Shown: piece by piece, positions 9,975 to 19,906 of the stretch
Layout: each line of letters starts with the position of its first letter
Numbering within the stretch: the stretch's first letter is position 1
Assembly (NCBI GenBank): GCA_963422645.2
Contig: CAXXVO010000016.1
Span: 1-56,734, forward strand
DNA length: 56,734 nucleotides
Direction of reading: 5' to 3'
DNA from: Alphaproteobacteria bacterium
Lineage (GTDB): Bacteria; Pseudomonadota; Alphaproteobacteria; UBA828
Made by a program: the position numbers and the translations under genes
Notes under the pieces: generated by a model
Database searches by the model: none
Seen by the model: only the letters and a program-made list of their open reading frames with translations
Told to the model about the DNA's origin: nothing

Positions 9975-11375
9975 ATGGGCGGATACTTGATCACTGGCGG
10001 GCGGCTGCTCGACGCGACCGGCGCAGCGCCGCAGGACGGCGTCTCGGTGCTGGTGGAGGGCAGCCGCATCCGCAAGATCGGTCCGGACCGGGAGGTCGCG
10101 GCCGCAGCCGAGACCCTGGGCGGCTACCGGACCATCGATGCCGCCGGCCACACCCTCATGCCGGGCATGATCGACGCCCACTGCCATATCTCCTACGGCG
10201 ACATCCTGTCGTTCGAGGAGCTCGACCTCTATGCGGGCGTGGAGTACCGGACGCTGCGCGCCGCCAACAACGCCCGCAAGGTGCTGCGCGCGGGAGTCAC
10301 CGCGTTCTCCGATCCCGGGTCCACATGGAACATCTCGGTGGCGGTTCGCGACGCCATCAACGCCGGCCTGATCGAGGGGCCGCGCATGGCGTCCGCCGGG
10401 CGCTACATCACCACCTTCAATGCAATCGGCTCGCCCTGGCCGTCCTGGATGGAGCACCCGAAGTCGTCGTTCGCCGTGCTCTGCAACACGCGCGAGGAGA
10501 TGGTCACGGAGGCACGCCGGGAGATCAAGGACGGCGTCGACATCGTGAAGGTGGCGGGCGACGGTGACGTGCTGACCGGCGATGCGGAGCTCGCCGGCAG
10601 CATCGGGCTCGACGACCTGCGCGCCATCGCCGAAGTCACCCACCGCCTCGGCAAAGCCTGCACCATCCACGCGCGCTCGGGCCAGGCGGCGGCCGACGCG
10701 ATCCGCGCCGGCTTCGACTGGATCATCCACGGCTCCTACATGTCCGAGGACGATCTGGACGTGCTCTTCCGCAACCCGACGCCGCTGATCCCCACCTTCT
10801 CGCTGCTGGTGAACACGCTCGACTGGGGCCCTGACCTCGGCTGCTCGGACTTCATCCTCGATGCCTACAAGGATGAGGTCGAGCGGCTTGCCGGCGTCGT
10901 TTCCCGGGCGCGAGCCGAAGGTATTACCATCATTGCAGGCACCGACAGCGGTCAGGGCTCGGTGCCTTACGGCGAATGGCACGCCCGCGAGATGGAGCAC
11001 TTGATGACCTATGGCGGCCTGAGCGCGATGGAGGCGATCCGCGCGGGCACCGCCAACGGGGCGCTGACGCTCGGCATGGAGAACGAGATCGGCACGCTGG
11101 AGGAGGGCAAGCTCGCCGATATCCTGGTGGTGGAGGGCGATCCGCTCGCCGACATCGCGGTCCTGCAGGACAGGCAGCGCCTCGCCGTCGTGATGAAGGA
11201 CGGCGCCGTCGTCGATACCGAGGCGCCGATCCCAGAGCCCGCACGCTACAACTGGGAAAAGCCCAAGCTCTACTGGGAGGATCCGCGGATGCCGACCCAG
11301 AGCTTCGTGCGCGAGCACGCGACCAGCAAGCCGCGCTGGATGCAGAAGGAGCGTCGCCTCGACGCGGCGGAGTAG
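9975..11375 (+). CDS. Metal-dependent amidohydrolase (prolidase-like subfamily)
   Basis: 'MPGMIDAHCH', 'IAGTDSG', 'IGTLEEGKLADILVV'. Confidence 0.9.
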   Translation: MGGYLITGGRLLDATGAAPQDGVSVLVEGSRIRKIGPDREVAAAAETLGGYRTIDAAGHTLMPGMIDAHCHISYGDILSFEELDLYAGVEYRTLRAANNARKVLRAGVTAFSDPGSTWNISVAVRDAINAGLIEGPRMASAGRYITTFNAIGSPWPSWMEHPKSSFAVLCNTREEMVTEARREIKDGVDIVKVAGDGDVLTGDAELAGSIGLDDLRAIAEVTHRLGKACTIHARSGQAAADAIRAGFDWIIHGSYMSEDDLDVLFRNPTPLIPTFSLLVNTLDWGPDLGCSDFILDAYKDEVERLAGVVSRARAEGITIIAGTDSGQGSVPYGEWHAREMEHLMTYGGLSAMEAIRAGTANGALTLGMENEIGTLEEGKLADILVVEGDPLADIAVLQDRQRLAVVMKDGAVVDTEAPIPEPARYNWEKPKLYWEDPRMPTQSFVREHATSKPRWMQKERRLDAAE

Positions 11376-11385
11376 GGGGCGCGTT

Positions 11386-11430
11386 TCCTAGAGTGTTCCC
11401 GTTTCGCACGGCAACACTCTAGGAGTTTTT
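11386..11430 (+). terminator. Intrinsic terminator-like hairpin
   Basis: TCCTAGAGTGTT...AACACTCTAGGA 12-bp stem followed by a T run. Confidence 0.65.
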
Positions 11431-11532
11431 CGCTCACGGCAGCCGGCCTGCGGCCGGCGCCTGCGCGGGCGCGCCGCATTCGCGGCGGGCCGCGGTCGCG
11501 GCCTGTCGCGCGTCCGCCAGGGACGGACGCGC
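11431..11532. repeat. Multi-hairpin GC-rich intergenic element
   Basis: Four consecutive short palindromes including GGCCGC-GGTC-GCGGCC; shares the GCGGTCGCG core with the 23974 and 28737 repeats. Confidence 0.4.
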
Positions 11533-11533
11533 T

Positions 11534-12706
11534 TTAGCGCCGCATGGACGGGGCCGAGCCCGGCGGGAATTCGGGAGTGGGGCATTCGGGCGGCTCGGCG
11601 GCAGTGTCGCGGTAGTCGAAATAGCCCCAGACGGCCCAGTGGTCCGAGAGATCGCAGTAGCCTTGGCCGCGCACGGCCGAGAAGAGCGTGCGGTCCTCGA
11701 AGTCGTAAAGGCTGCGGAAGACCATGGGGCAATTGCTGTGGTAGCGCGGCTCACGCCAGCCCTTCTTGGCGAGCACGTAATCGACGTAGCCGTTACCGCT
11801 CCGGGCCCAGTCGCTGCGCGACTCGCGGGAATAGCGATGCCCGCGAAAAGCCGGCGCCAGCAGGCCGAGCGGCTCGTCGTCGAGCAGCCTGTCGAAGTTG
11901 TGTCGGAGGACGTTGAAGTCGCCGCCGACGATGATCGGTTCCGAACGCGGGATTCCCGAGTGCTCCTCGATGAACTGCCGGATGGCGCGGAACTGCGCCT
12001 CCTTGGCCTTGCGCTGCGCGCTGCTCCAGCCGAACTGCGCGTGGGTGCCGATGACGTGGTAGCGCGCACTGCCTTTGTCCACGCGGGCATAGACGAAGCC
12101 CTTGGCGGCGCTGCAGTCGCGCTCCACGCAATCGGCATAGATCCATTCCTTGGCGACACCAATGGGATGCCTGCTGGCGATGAGCACGCCGCCGTCCTCG
12201 CCGAACCAGGTATCGCCCTCGCCGCCGCGCGGCGCCTCTTCGGTTAGGGATTGTTCGTAAACTCTGCCCTTCTCGCAGCTTGAAGCGGCGCGGCAGGCGG
12301 TGCCCAGGATGCGGGTGGCGTAGCGAAAGCCCTGCGCCCTCAGCCCTGCGAGGAGCGTTGCGCGCGCGCCATCGTCGTAGGCCTCGGACAGGATGACCAC
12401 GTCGTAGGGGGCGAGGAAGCGCGGGATAAGAGCTGCGCGCTCCTCCTGGGCGAGAGCGAAGCGCTCGCCCATGACGGGAATGTTGCGGACGTACGAGGGC
12501 AGCAGATAGACGTTGTAGGCGAGGACGCTGAGCACCTCGTCGGAGGTCGCCGGGCTTGGCCGGTGGTTGATGCCCGGCCCCTCGCACTCTCGCTCCGCCG
12601 TCGCGCCGCCGACGAGGGTTAGCATCAGGACCGCGGCAAGGGCTGCCCCCGCAATCGCGCGCCCCGCCCCGCCAACGAGACGCGAGCGGATGCGGCCTCC
12701 GATCAC
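11534..12706 (-). CDS. Secreted neutral sphingomyelinase C-like enzyme (EEP/DNase I fold)
   Basis: Signal-peptide-like N-terminus; 'YNVY', 'LSEAYD', 'AAKGFVY', 'GTHAQ', 'GGDFN', 'DYV', 'LSDH'. Confidence 0.8.
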   Translation of the reverse strand: MIGGRIRSRLVGGAGRAIAGAALAAVLMLTLVGGATAERECEGPGINHRPSPATSDEVLSVLAYNVYLLPSYVRNIPVMGERFALAQEERAALIPRFLAPYDVVILSEAYDDGARATLLAGLRAQGFRYATRILGTACRAASSCEKGRVYEQSLTEEAPRGGEGDTWFGEDGGVLIASRHPIGVAKEWIYADCVERDCSAAKGFVYARVDKGSARYHVIGTHAQFGWSSAQRKAKEAQFRAIRQFIEEHSGIPRSEPIIVGGDFNVLRHNFDRLLDDEPLGLLAPAFRGHRYSRESRSDWARSGNGYVDYVLAKKGWREPRYHSNCPMVFRSLYDFEDRTLFSAVRGQGYCDLSDHWAVWGYFDYRDTAAEPPECPTPEFPPGSAPSMRR

Positions 12707-12950
12707 CAGACCTGTTTGAGAGTCACGAAGAATGTCCGGCCGCGGATCGAATCCAGGCTCTCGTCCGGGTACTCTGGAAACTCGGGGTTGATGGAGGGCC
12801 CGGCGTCGAAGACGTTGAGGATGCCGGCGGCGATCTCGGTGCCCTCGAAGGTGTAGGGATTTCGCCAGCGCACCGAAAGGTCGTGACCAACCCATGAGCC
12901 GAAGCGGCCCCGTCTCCCGTTGTAGCCAGTGACCCCGTAACCGTGCCATT
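12703..12950 (-). pseudogene. C-terminal remnant of a TonB-dependent receptor
   Basis: 'HDLSVRW...GILNVFD..P...GRTFFVTLKQVW', terminal beta-barrel strands ending in an aromatic residue; the rest of the gene is absent; 5' limit approximate. Confidence 0.7.
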
Positions 12951-13246
12951 GCGCCCTTATCTTACCCCGCGTGCCGCTTATCGAATCTCCTGATGCGACC
13001 ATCGTACGGTCACCGTCTGGCGAATCGCCGCGGTGCGTGCCTTTCTTGCTCGACATCACTTGAATTTCCTACTCAATGGCCCTGTCCCATTGGGTGGCGC
13101 AACGGTCCGTCAATCGTTGTGACGGCGCAAGGGCCATCTTGTCCAGCCATGTAGCCATGTCGCCATATCATCTTGTCCCACGATGGCGGGCGGCGGGGCC
13201 GTGCTGCTATGGTCGGGCGCACGCGCAGAAGGAAGAGGGGAAGGGC

Positions 13247-14041
13247 GTGGCGGAACCAGAGGCTTGGCGTGACTATCTGCCCTTGGCGCATCGACTCGCC
13301 GATGCATCCGGCGTGGTCATATTGCGCTATTTCAGGCAGGCGCTGGCGATCGAGGACAAGGACCACATCGCGGGCTACTCGCCGGTGACGGCGGCCGACC
13401 GCGAGGCCGAGGCCGCGATCCGCGCGCTGATCAGCGAGGCCTGCCCGGATCATGGCATCCTCGGCGAGGAGCACGGGCACGAGCGGCCCGACGCCCGCTT
13501 TACCTGGGTCATCGATCCCATCGACGGCACCAAGGCGTTCATCTCTGGCATGACGACCTGGGGCACGCTGATCGCGTTGCAGGACCGCGATCGGGGGATC
13601 ATCGGCGTGCTGGACCAGCCCTTCCTGCGCGAGCGCTTTATCGGCCACGGCGAGGGCGCCTATCTGGGGGATCGGCGCCTTGCCGTGCGGGCCTGCCCCG
13701 ACCTGGCTGGGGCCACTCTCTACGCGACCGAGCCCGACATGTTCACGCCGGCCGAGCGCGCCGGGTTCGACGAGCTGGCCGGCCACGTGCGTCTCCGCCG
13801 CTTCGGCGCCGATTGCTATGCCTACGGGATGCTTGCCGCCGGCTTCATCGATCTGGTGGTCGAGGCGAGCATGAACCTTTGGGACATCGCCGCGCTGATC
13901 CCGATCGTCGAGGGCGCCGGCGGTCTCGTCACCGCATGGGACGGCGGCCCCGTCGGCGCGGACGGCCGGGTACTCGCGGTCGGCGACCGCCGCCTGCACG
14001 CGCCCGCGCTCGAAATTCTTGCGCCTGCCGCCGCAGCCTGA
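13247..14041 (+). CDS. hisN: Histidinol-phosphatase, inositol monophosphatase family
   Basis: 'PVTAADREAE', 'WVIDPIDGTKAF', 'WDIAAL'. Confidence 0.8.
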   Translation: MAEPEAWRDYLPLAHRLADASGVVILRYFRQALAIEDKDHIAGYSPVTAADREAEAAIRALISEACPDHGILGEEHGHERPDARFTWVIDPIDGTKAFISGMTTWGTLIALQDRDRGIIGVLDQPFLRERFIGHGEGAYLGDRRLAVRACPDLAGATLYATEPDMFTPAERAGFDELAGHVRLRRFGADCYAYGMLAAGFIDLVVEASMNLWDIAALIPIVEGAGGLVTAWDGGPVGADGRVLAVGDRRLHAPALEILAPAAAA

Positions 14042-14081
14042 CGCCGCGAAGGCTTCGCTATGGTCGCATTGAGCATCGCCG

Positions 14082-14930
14082 ATGCAAGCTGAAATGGACG
14101 GCAAGGTCTGCGTCGTCACGGGTGCGAACTCGGGGATTGGACGGGTGACGGCCATTGACCTTGCAGGGCGGGGCGCGACGGTCGTGCTGATCTGCCGCAA
14201 TCATGCAGGCGGTTCTGCTGTGATGGAAGAGATCGGGCGGCGAGGCGGCAACGCGGCGCTGCTGATCGCCGATCTCGCGTCCCAGCGGCAGGTGCGCGAA
14301 GTGGCGGCGGCCTTCCTGAAGCGCTTCGATCGCCTCGACGTGCTGATCAACAACGCAGGCGTCGCCGGCTGGGGCACCCGGCTCGAGACCGAAGACGGGC
14401 TGGAGGCGACCTTCGCGGTGAACCACCTGGCACCCTTCCTGCTGACCAACCTGCTACTCGACACCCTTAAGACGAGTGCACCGTCGCGCGTGGTGACCGT
14501 GAGTTCCGCAGCGCACAAGAACTTCACCATCGACCTGAATGACCTGCAGGGAGAGCGGCGCTATTCCGGCTTCGGTGCCTACAGCCGCTCCAAGCTCGCG
14601 AACATCCTTTTCACCCATGAGCTCTCGCGCCGGCTGGAGGGAACCGGCGTCACCGCCAACTGCCTGCACCCAGGCGTCGTCGCGACGGGCATCTTTCGCA
14701 ACCTGCCGGGCTGGATGCGCTTTATCTTCACCAGCCCACTCGTGCTCAGCCCCGAGCGGGGCGCGGACACGATGATCTATCTCGCCACCGCGCCCGAGCT
14801 TGCCGAGGTGAGCGGGCAGTACTTCGTGCGACGTAAGCCCGCCCGCTCGTCCCGCGCCTCATGCAATGCGGAGACCGCGCGTCGCCTGTGGTGGGCGAGC
14901 GAGGTGTTGACGGCTGCCAGCGACGCGTAG
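14082..14930 (+). CDS. SDR oxidoreductase (retinol dehydrogenase-like)
   Basis: TGANSGIG, NNAG, YSRSK. Confidence 0.9.
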   Translation: MQAEMDGKVCVVTGANSGIGRVTAIDLAGRGATVVLICRNHAGGSAVMEEIGRRGGNAALLIADLASQRQVREVAAAFLKRFDRLDVLINNAGVAGWGTRLETEDGLEATFAVNHLAPFLLTNLLLDTLKTSAPSRVVTVSSAAHKNFTIDLNDLQGERRYSGFGAYSRSKLANILFTHELSRRLEGTGVTANCLHPGVVATGIFRNLPGWMRFIFTSPLVLSPERGADTMIYLATAPELAEVSGQYFVRRKPARSSRASCNAETARRLWWASEVLTAASDA

Positions 14931-14992
14931 TCGAGGGGCCGGTGTGCTACCGTCAGGCCCCGGCCAGACGTGGCTCTTACTGCGAGGCAAGG

Positions 14993-16007
14993 TTGGAAAG
15001 GGAAGGGCAGGGGCCGCTCGTTGTCGAGTGCACGCGCGGCCCGGCGGTGGAAAGCCGGCATCTGGTGGACGCGGCGGTGGTCGATCCGGCCGGACGCCTC
15101 GTGCAGGGCTGGGGCGAGACCGAGGCGGTGGTCTATCCGCGGTCGGCCATCAAGTCGGTGCAGGTCCTGCCACTGCTGGAAAGCGGCGCCGCCGAGCGCT
15201 ACGCGGTGAGCGACGAGGAGATCGCACTCGCCTGCTCCTCGCACAACGGCCAGCCCGCCCACGTCGCGGTCGTGCGCGGCTGGCTCGCGCGCGCCGGGCT
15301 CGGCGAGGAGGACCTCGAATGCGGCCCGCACCTGCCTTATCACACGCCCTCCGCCCACGCCTGCGTGCGCTTGGGCGAAAGCGGAGGGGGCGGTCCACAA
15401 CATGTGCTCGGGCAAGCACAGCGCCTTCCTGGTGACGGCGCGGGCGCTGGGTGAGCCGACCCGGGACTACGTCGCGCGCGACCATCCCGTGCAGGGGCGG
15501 GTCTCGGCCGCCATCGCCGACCTTTCCGGCTGCGATCTCGAGCGGGCGCCGTGGGCGATCGACGGCTGCAGCATCCCCACCATCGGCCTGCCCCTCTCCG
15601 GGCTCGCGCGGGCGGCGGCCAACATCGCGGACCCCTCCAGCCTGAGCGATGAGCGCCAGGCCGCCATTGCTCGCGTGCGCCGCGCGGTCGCCGGACATCC
15701 CTTCATGGTCGCGGGTGACGGCCGCGCTTGTACGCGCATCATCGAGACGGCGGGCGAGCGCGTGCTGGTCAAGTTCGGTGCGGAGGGCGTGTTCTACGCC
15801 GTGCTCTACGAGAGCGGCCTCGGCCTCGCGCTGAAGGTGCGCGACGGCGCGACCCGCGCGGCGGACGCCGCGATCGCGGCCATGCTCGATCGCCTGGACG
15901 TCCTCGACGACCGGGACCGCGAGGCGTTGGCCGATATGCTGGACAAGCCCTTGCGCAACTGGGCGGGCCGTCTCGTCGGCGCCGTCCGCCCCGCGCAGGA
16001 CGCATAA
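14993..16007 (+). pseudogene. L-asparaginase II (Rhizobium AnsA-type) split by a +1 frameshift near 15378-15390
   Basis: RSAIK and SSHNG motifs in one frame; HNMCSGKH, DGC and KFGAEG in the next frame. Confidence 0.8.
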
Positions 16008-16029
16008 CCCTTAGGGAAGGGGAGACGAC

Positions 16030-16779
16030 ATGCTCAGGCTTTCCGACTTCGCGGGCCGGGTGCTGCGCGAGGATGACATCGACGATCTGGGCCGGCCCAC
16101 CGGGGAGGTGATCGAGGAGGCGATCGACGAGGGCCGCACGGAAGAGGCCAAGACGCTGGCGCGCAACCTGATCCACGAGTGGAAGGGCCTGCACGATCTC
16201 TACTGCGACTGGGTCTGGGACCTGCTGACCAAGATCGGCCGCAAGTTCGGCGAGGGCGAGGTCTACGCCATGCTGCGCGCGACCCAGGAGACCTGGATGA
16301 TGAAGCGGACCTGGAAGGGATTCCGCAAGATGGCCGTCGAGCGCCAGGTCACGCTCACCGCCGAGATGATGCGCGCCCACCGCTGCGGGCCCCGGCAGGA
16401 AGGCGACATCGACGTGCTGGAGGATGCCGAGCGCTACACCATCGTCATGGACCCCTGCGGCAGCGGCGGGCGCATGCGGCGCGGCGACCCCATGGACAAG
16501 ACCCCCTCCCGCCTCGGCCCGCCCTACAACTTCGGCTCGACCCAGGAAGCGCACTGGTGGAGCTGGGGCCGCAAGGACGTGCCCTATTACTGCGTCCACT
16601 GCGCGCTCAACGAGATCCTGCCCATCGAGTGGGGCGGCGCGCCGCTCTGGGTCACCGACTTCGACCCCGATCACGCGAAGCCCTGCCGCTGGCACTTCTA
16701 CAAGAAGCCCGAGCTGATCCCGGCGGAGTACTGGACCCGCCTCGGCAAGGAAAAGCCGGCACAATTCGACGACGCGTGA
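16030..16779 (+). CDS. Hypothetical Cys/His-rich protein
   Basis: Good RBS and codon usage; motifs DPCGSGG and YYCVHC. Confidence 0.75.
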   Translation: MLRLSDFAGRVLREDDIDDLGRPTGEVIEEAIDEGRTEEAKTLARNLIHEWKGLHDLYCDWVWDLLTKIGRKFGEGEVYAMLRATQETWMMKRTWKGFRKMAVERQVTLTAEMMRAHRCGPRQEGDIDVLEDAERYTIVMDPCGSGGRMRRGDPMDKTPSRLGPPYNFGSTQEAHWWSWGRKDVPYYCVHCALNEILPIEWGGAPLWVTDFDPDHAKPCRWHFYKKPELIPAEYWTRLGKEKPAQFDDA

Positions 16780-16817
16780 GGCGAGTCAGCAGGGTATGGG
16801 CAGACGCAACGGAATTG

Positions 16818-16832
16818 GACTAAACTAGGAAC
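16818..16832 (+). promoter_or_regulatory. Degenerate alphaproteobacterial LexA box
   Basis: GACT-N7-GAAC (consensus GAAC-N7-GAAC) upstream of mmcB, a known SOS gene. Confidence 0.45.
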
Positions 16833-16859
16833 ATCGGGTCAATCAAGACCGCGGTGTTC

Positions 16860-17348
16860 ATGTCTCTTACCGTCTCTGAGCCCGTCTCTGCCCAGCTCGC
16901 GTTGGATCTCGCGCGGCCCTGCGTGGCCGAGGGCCGGGCGGAGGGGCTGGCGCGCGGGGTCTGCCGGCTGCTCGGCGAGATGGGGATTTGCCCCCTCGTC
17001 GAAGTGCCGCTCGGCACCGGCCGGCGGGCGGATGTGTTGGGCCAGGACAGCAAGGGCCGCTTCGTCATCGTCGAGATCAAGAGCGGGCTTGCCGATTTTC
17101 GCGCCGACACCAAATGGGGCGACTATCGCGGCCATTGCGATCGGCTCTTTTTCGGGGTCGGCAACGACTTCCCGCTGGACGTCCTGCCGGCGGACGTCGG
17201 CATCATCGTCGCCGACCGCTTTGGCGCCGAGATCAGGCGCGAGGCGCCGCTCCAGCCGATGGCCCAGGGGCTGCGCCGCAAACAGGCGATCCGCTTCGGC
17301 CGTGTCGCCGCTCATCGCCTCCGCTTCTTTCACGAGGAGCCTTGCTAA
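16860..17348 (+). CDS. mmcB: MmcB family DNA repair protein (DUF1052)
   Basis: 'GRRADV', 'IVEIKS..DFRAD.KW.DY...CD'. Confidence 0.9.
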   Translation: MSLTVSEPVSAQLALDLARPCVAEGRAEGLARGVCRLLGEMGICPLVEVPLGTGRRADVLGQDSKGRFVIVEIKSGLADFRADTKWGDYRGHCDRLFFGVGNDFPLDVLPADVGIIVADRFGAEIRREAPLQPMAQGLRRKQAIRFGRVAAHRLRFFHEEPC

Positions 17349-17396
17349 GCCGCTCGCTTCCGCGCCGCTCCGCGCCGTGGTAAAAGCCGCCCCGCC

Positions 17397-17470
17397 TGGG
17401 GCGTAGCCAAGCGGCAAGGCAACGGGTTTTGGTCCCGTGATCCCAGGTTCGAATCCTGGCGCCCCAGCCA
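17397..17470 (+). tRNA. tRNA-Gln(TTG)
   Basis: TGGGGCG/CGCCCCA acceptor stem, anticodon arm ACGGG-TTTTGGT-CCCGT, GGTTCGAATCC, encoded CCA. Confidence 0.95.
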
Positions 17471-17522
17471 CGCCCTGCCGCCGGCACCTGAGGAGAGGGT
17501 CGATCCCCCGCCGCGATATCCC

Positions 17523-18842
17523 ATGATCCCACGTTACTCACGCCCGGAGATGGCCGCGGTCTGGGCACCCGAAACCAGGTTCGCCATCTGGCTGGAGATC
17601 GAGCACCATGCGCTCGACGCGCACGTATCGCTCGGGCAGGCGCCGCAGGCGGCGGCAGACGCGCTCGCGCGCGCCATCGCCGCGCACGAGGACGCGCTGG
17701 TCGATCCGGCGAAGATCGACGCGATCGAGCGCGAGACCCGGCACGACGTGATCGCCTTCCTCACCAACCTCGCGAACCACATGGGACCGGAGGCGCGCTT
17801 CGTCCACCAGGGCCTGACCTCCTCCGATGTTCTGGACACCTGCTTCGCGGTGCAGCTCGACCGGGCGGGCGCTCTGCTGGCAGAGGGCGTCGCGGCCGTG
17901 GCCGCGGCGCTGGAACGCCGCGCCTTCGAGCACAAGGACACGCTCTGCGTCGGCCGGAGCCACGGTGTCCACGCCGAGCCCACCAGCTTCGGGCTCAAGC
18001 TGGCAGGCCACCACACCGAGTTCGCGCGCGCCGGGGAGCGGCTGAAGGCGGCGCGTCGCGAGATCGCGACCTGCGCCATCTCGGGGCCGGTCGGAACATT
18101 TGCGAGCGTGGATCCTGCGGTCGAGGCGCATGTCGCGGAGCAGATGGGGCTCGCGCCCGAGCCGGTCTCGACCCAGGTGATTCCGCGCGATCGCCACGCC
18201 ATGTATTTCGCCGTGCTTGGCGTCATCGCGGGTGCCATCGAGCGGCTGGCGGTGGAGATCCGGCATCTGCAGCGAAGCGAGGTGGGGGAGGCGGCCGAGG
18301 CCTTCGGCAAGGGCCAAAAAGGCTCCTCGGCCATGCCCCACAAGAAGAACCCCATCCTCACGGAAAATCTGACCGGCCTCGCCCGCATCGTGCGCGCGGC
18401 GGTGGTGCCGGCGCTGGAGAACATCGCGCTCTGGCACGAGCGCGACATCAGCCATTCGGCGGTGGAGCGCGTGTTCGCGCCCGATGCGACCGTCGCGCTG
18501 GATTTCGCGCTGACGCGGCTCGCCGGCGTCGTCGATGGCCTGGTGGTCGACGAGGCGGCCATGCGCCGCAATCTCGAGAGCCGCGGCGGGCTGGTTTACA
18601 GCCAGCGCGTCCTGCTGGCGCTGATCGAGCGCGGCATGTCGCGCGAGGAGGCTTACGCCATCGTGCAGGAGATCGCGCTCGGGGTGTGGGAAGGCGGCGC
18701 CGATTTCGAGGCCGCGCTCGCGGTGGACGCACGGGTCGCGGCTGTGGTGGATGGCCCAGAACTCGCCGCGCTCTTTGAGCCCGAGCCTTATCTGAGGCAC
18801 GTCGATACAATTTTCGCCCGCGTGTTCGGGCGAAGGGAGTGA
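17523..18842 (+). CDS. purB: Adenylosuccinate lyase
   Basis: 'MIPRYSRPEM', 'GRSHGVHAEP', 'GSSAMPHKKNP'. Confidence 0.97.
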   Translation: MIPRYSRPEMAAVWAPETRFAIWLEIEHHALDAHVSLGQAPQAAADALARAIAAHEDALVDPAKIDAIERETRHDVIAFLTNLANHMGPEARFVHQGLTSSDVLDTCFAVQLDRAGALLAEGVAAVAAALERRAFEHKDTLCVGRSHGVHAEPTSFGLKLAGHHTEFARAGERLKAARREIATCAISGPVGTFASVDPAVEAHVAEQMGLAPEPVSTQVIPRDRHAMYFAVLGVIAGAIERLAVEIRHLQRSEVGEAAEAFGKGQKGSSAMPHKKNPILTENLTGLARIVRAAVVPALENIALWHERDISHSAVERVFAPDATVALDFALTRLAGVVDGLVVDEAAMRRNLESRGGLVYSQRVLLALIERGMSREEAYAIVQEIALGVWEGGADFEAALAVDARVAAVVDGPELAALFEPEPYLRHVDTIFARVFGRRE

Positions 18843-18872
18843 ACGACCGACAATGGAAGGGAGTGGACGGTC

Positions 18873-19619
18873 ATGATCGAGATGCAGGACCACATCGCCG
18901 TAATCACCGGTGCCGGCAGCGGCTTCGGCGAGGCCACCGCGTATCGGCTCGCGCGCGAGGGCATGCCGATCTTCTGCCAGGACATCAACGAGGAGAACGC
19001 CCAGCGCACGGCCGCCAAGGTCCGCGAGGGCAACGGCCGGGCCGAGGCGATCGGCGGCGATGTCGCCAGCGAAGCCGATGTGAAGGCCATGTTCGCGGCC
19101 TGCCGCAACGCCTTCGGCGACTGCACGCTGCTCTTCGCCAATGCCGGCTACGCCCGGCTGTCACCCTTTGTCGAGATGAGCGTCGAGGAGTTCGACCGCA
19201 TGGTGGCGGTGCTTCTGCGCGGCGTGTTCCTCTGCGACCGCGAGGCGCTCGGCCCGATGCTGGAGAAGGGCGAGGGCGTAATCATCAACACCGCCTCGCA
19301 GCTCGGCCACAAGGGCGCCAATGAAATGGCCCACTACGCGGCGGCGAAGGCCGGCGTCATCGGGCTCACTAAGTCGTTGGCGCTGGAAGTTTCGAGCCGG
19401 GGCGTGCGGGTCAACGCCATCGGCCCCGGCCCCTGCAACACCCCGATTCTCGACGACATCTCCGAGGAGTGGAAGCAGGCGAAGGCCGCCGAGCTACCGC
19501 TCGGGCGCTTCGGCGAAGCGTGGGAGATCGCCGAGACCGTGGCCTTCCTCGCCGGACCCGGCGGGGCCATCTACGTCGGCCAGACCCTTGGTCCCAACTC
19601 CGGCGACGTGATGCTGTGA
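18873..19619 (+). CDS. SDR oxidoreductase (FabG-like)
   Basis: TGAGSGFG, YAAAK. Confidence 0.9.
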   Translation: MIEMQDHIAVITGAGSGFGEATAYRLAREGMPIFCQDINEENAQRTAAKVREGNGRAEAIGGDVASEADVKAMFAACRNAFGDCTLLFANAGYARLSPFVEMSVEEFDRMVAVLLRGVFLCDREALGPMLEKGEGVIINTASQLGHKGANEMAHYAAAKAGVIGLTKSLALEVSSRGVRVNAIGPGPCNTPILDDISEEWKQAKAAELPLGRFGEAWEIAETVAFLAGPGGAIYVGQTLGPNSGDVML

Positions 19620-19649
19620 GCGGCGCGGTGCCGCGACCGAAGACCCGCC

Positions 19650-19823
19650 TTACGCGCCGTCGCACTCCCGATCGGGCGGCGGCGCGGCGGCCTTTCGCTC
19701 GTTCTTCTGGCGCTTGCGCCGGCGCAGGTTCTCTCTCAGGGCTGCGGCGAGCCGCGCCTCGCGCTCCGCCCCTTTCCCTGCGCCGGGGGCGGCCGGTTTA
19801 CCCTTTCGCCGGTCTGTCGACAT
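19650..19823 (-). CDS. Small basic protein of a type seen in alphaproteobacteria
   Basis: 'REARLAAALRENLRRRK' motif. Confidence 0.6.
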   Translation of the reverse strand: MSTDRRKGKPAAPGAGKGAEREARLAAALRENLRRRKRQKNERKAAAPPPDRECDGA

Positions 19824-19906
19824 GACCCTTGCTAACCTAGCACGGATGGCAGAGCCTCGCGCCGCGCGGCGGCCTGAGCCGCATCGGAGTGTCCGGGAGA
19901 CAGTTG

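Noticed and set aside
16839-17471. ORF beginning MAGAPGFEPG
   Set aside because: Antisense reading of tRNA-Gln and mmcB
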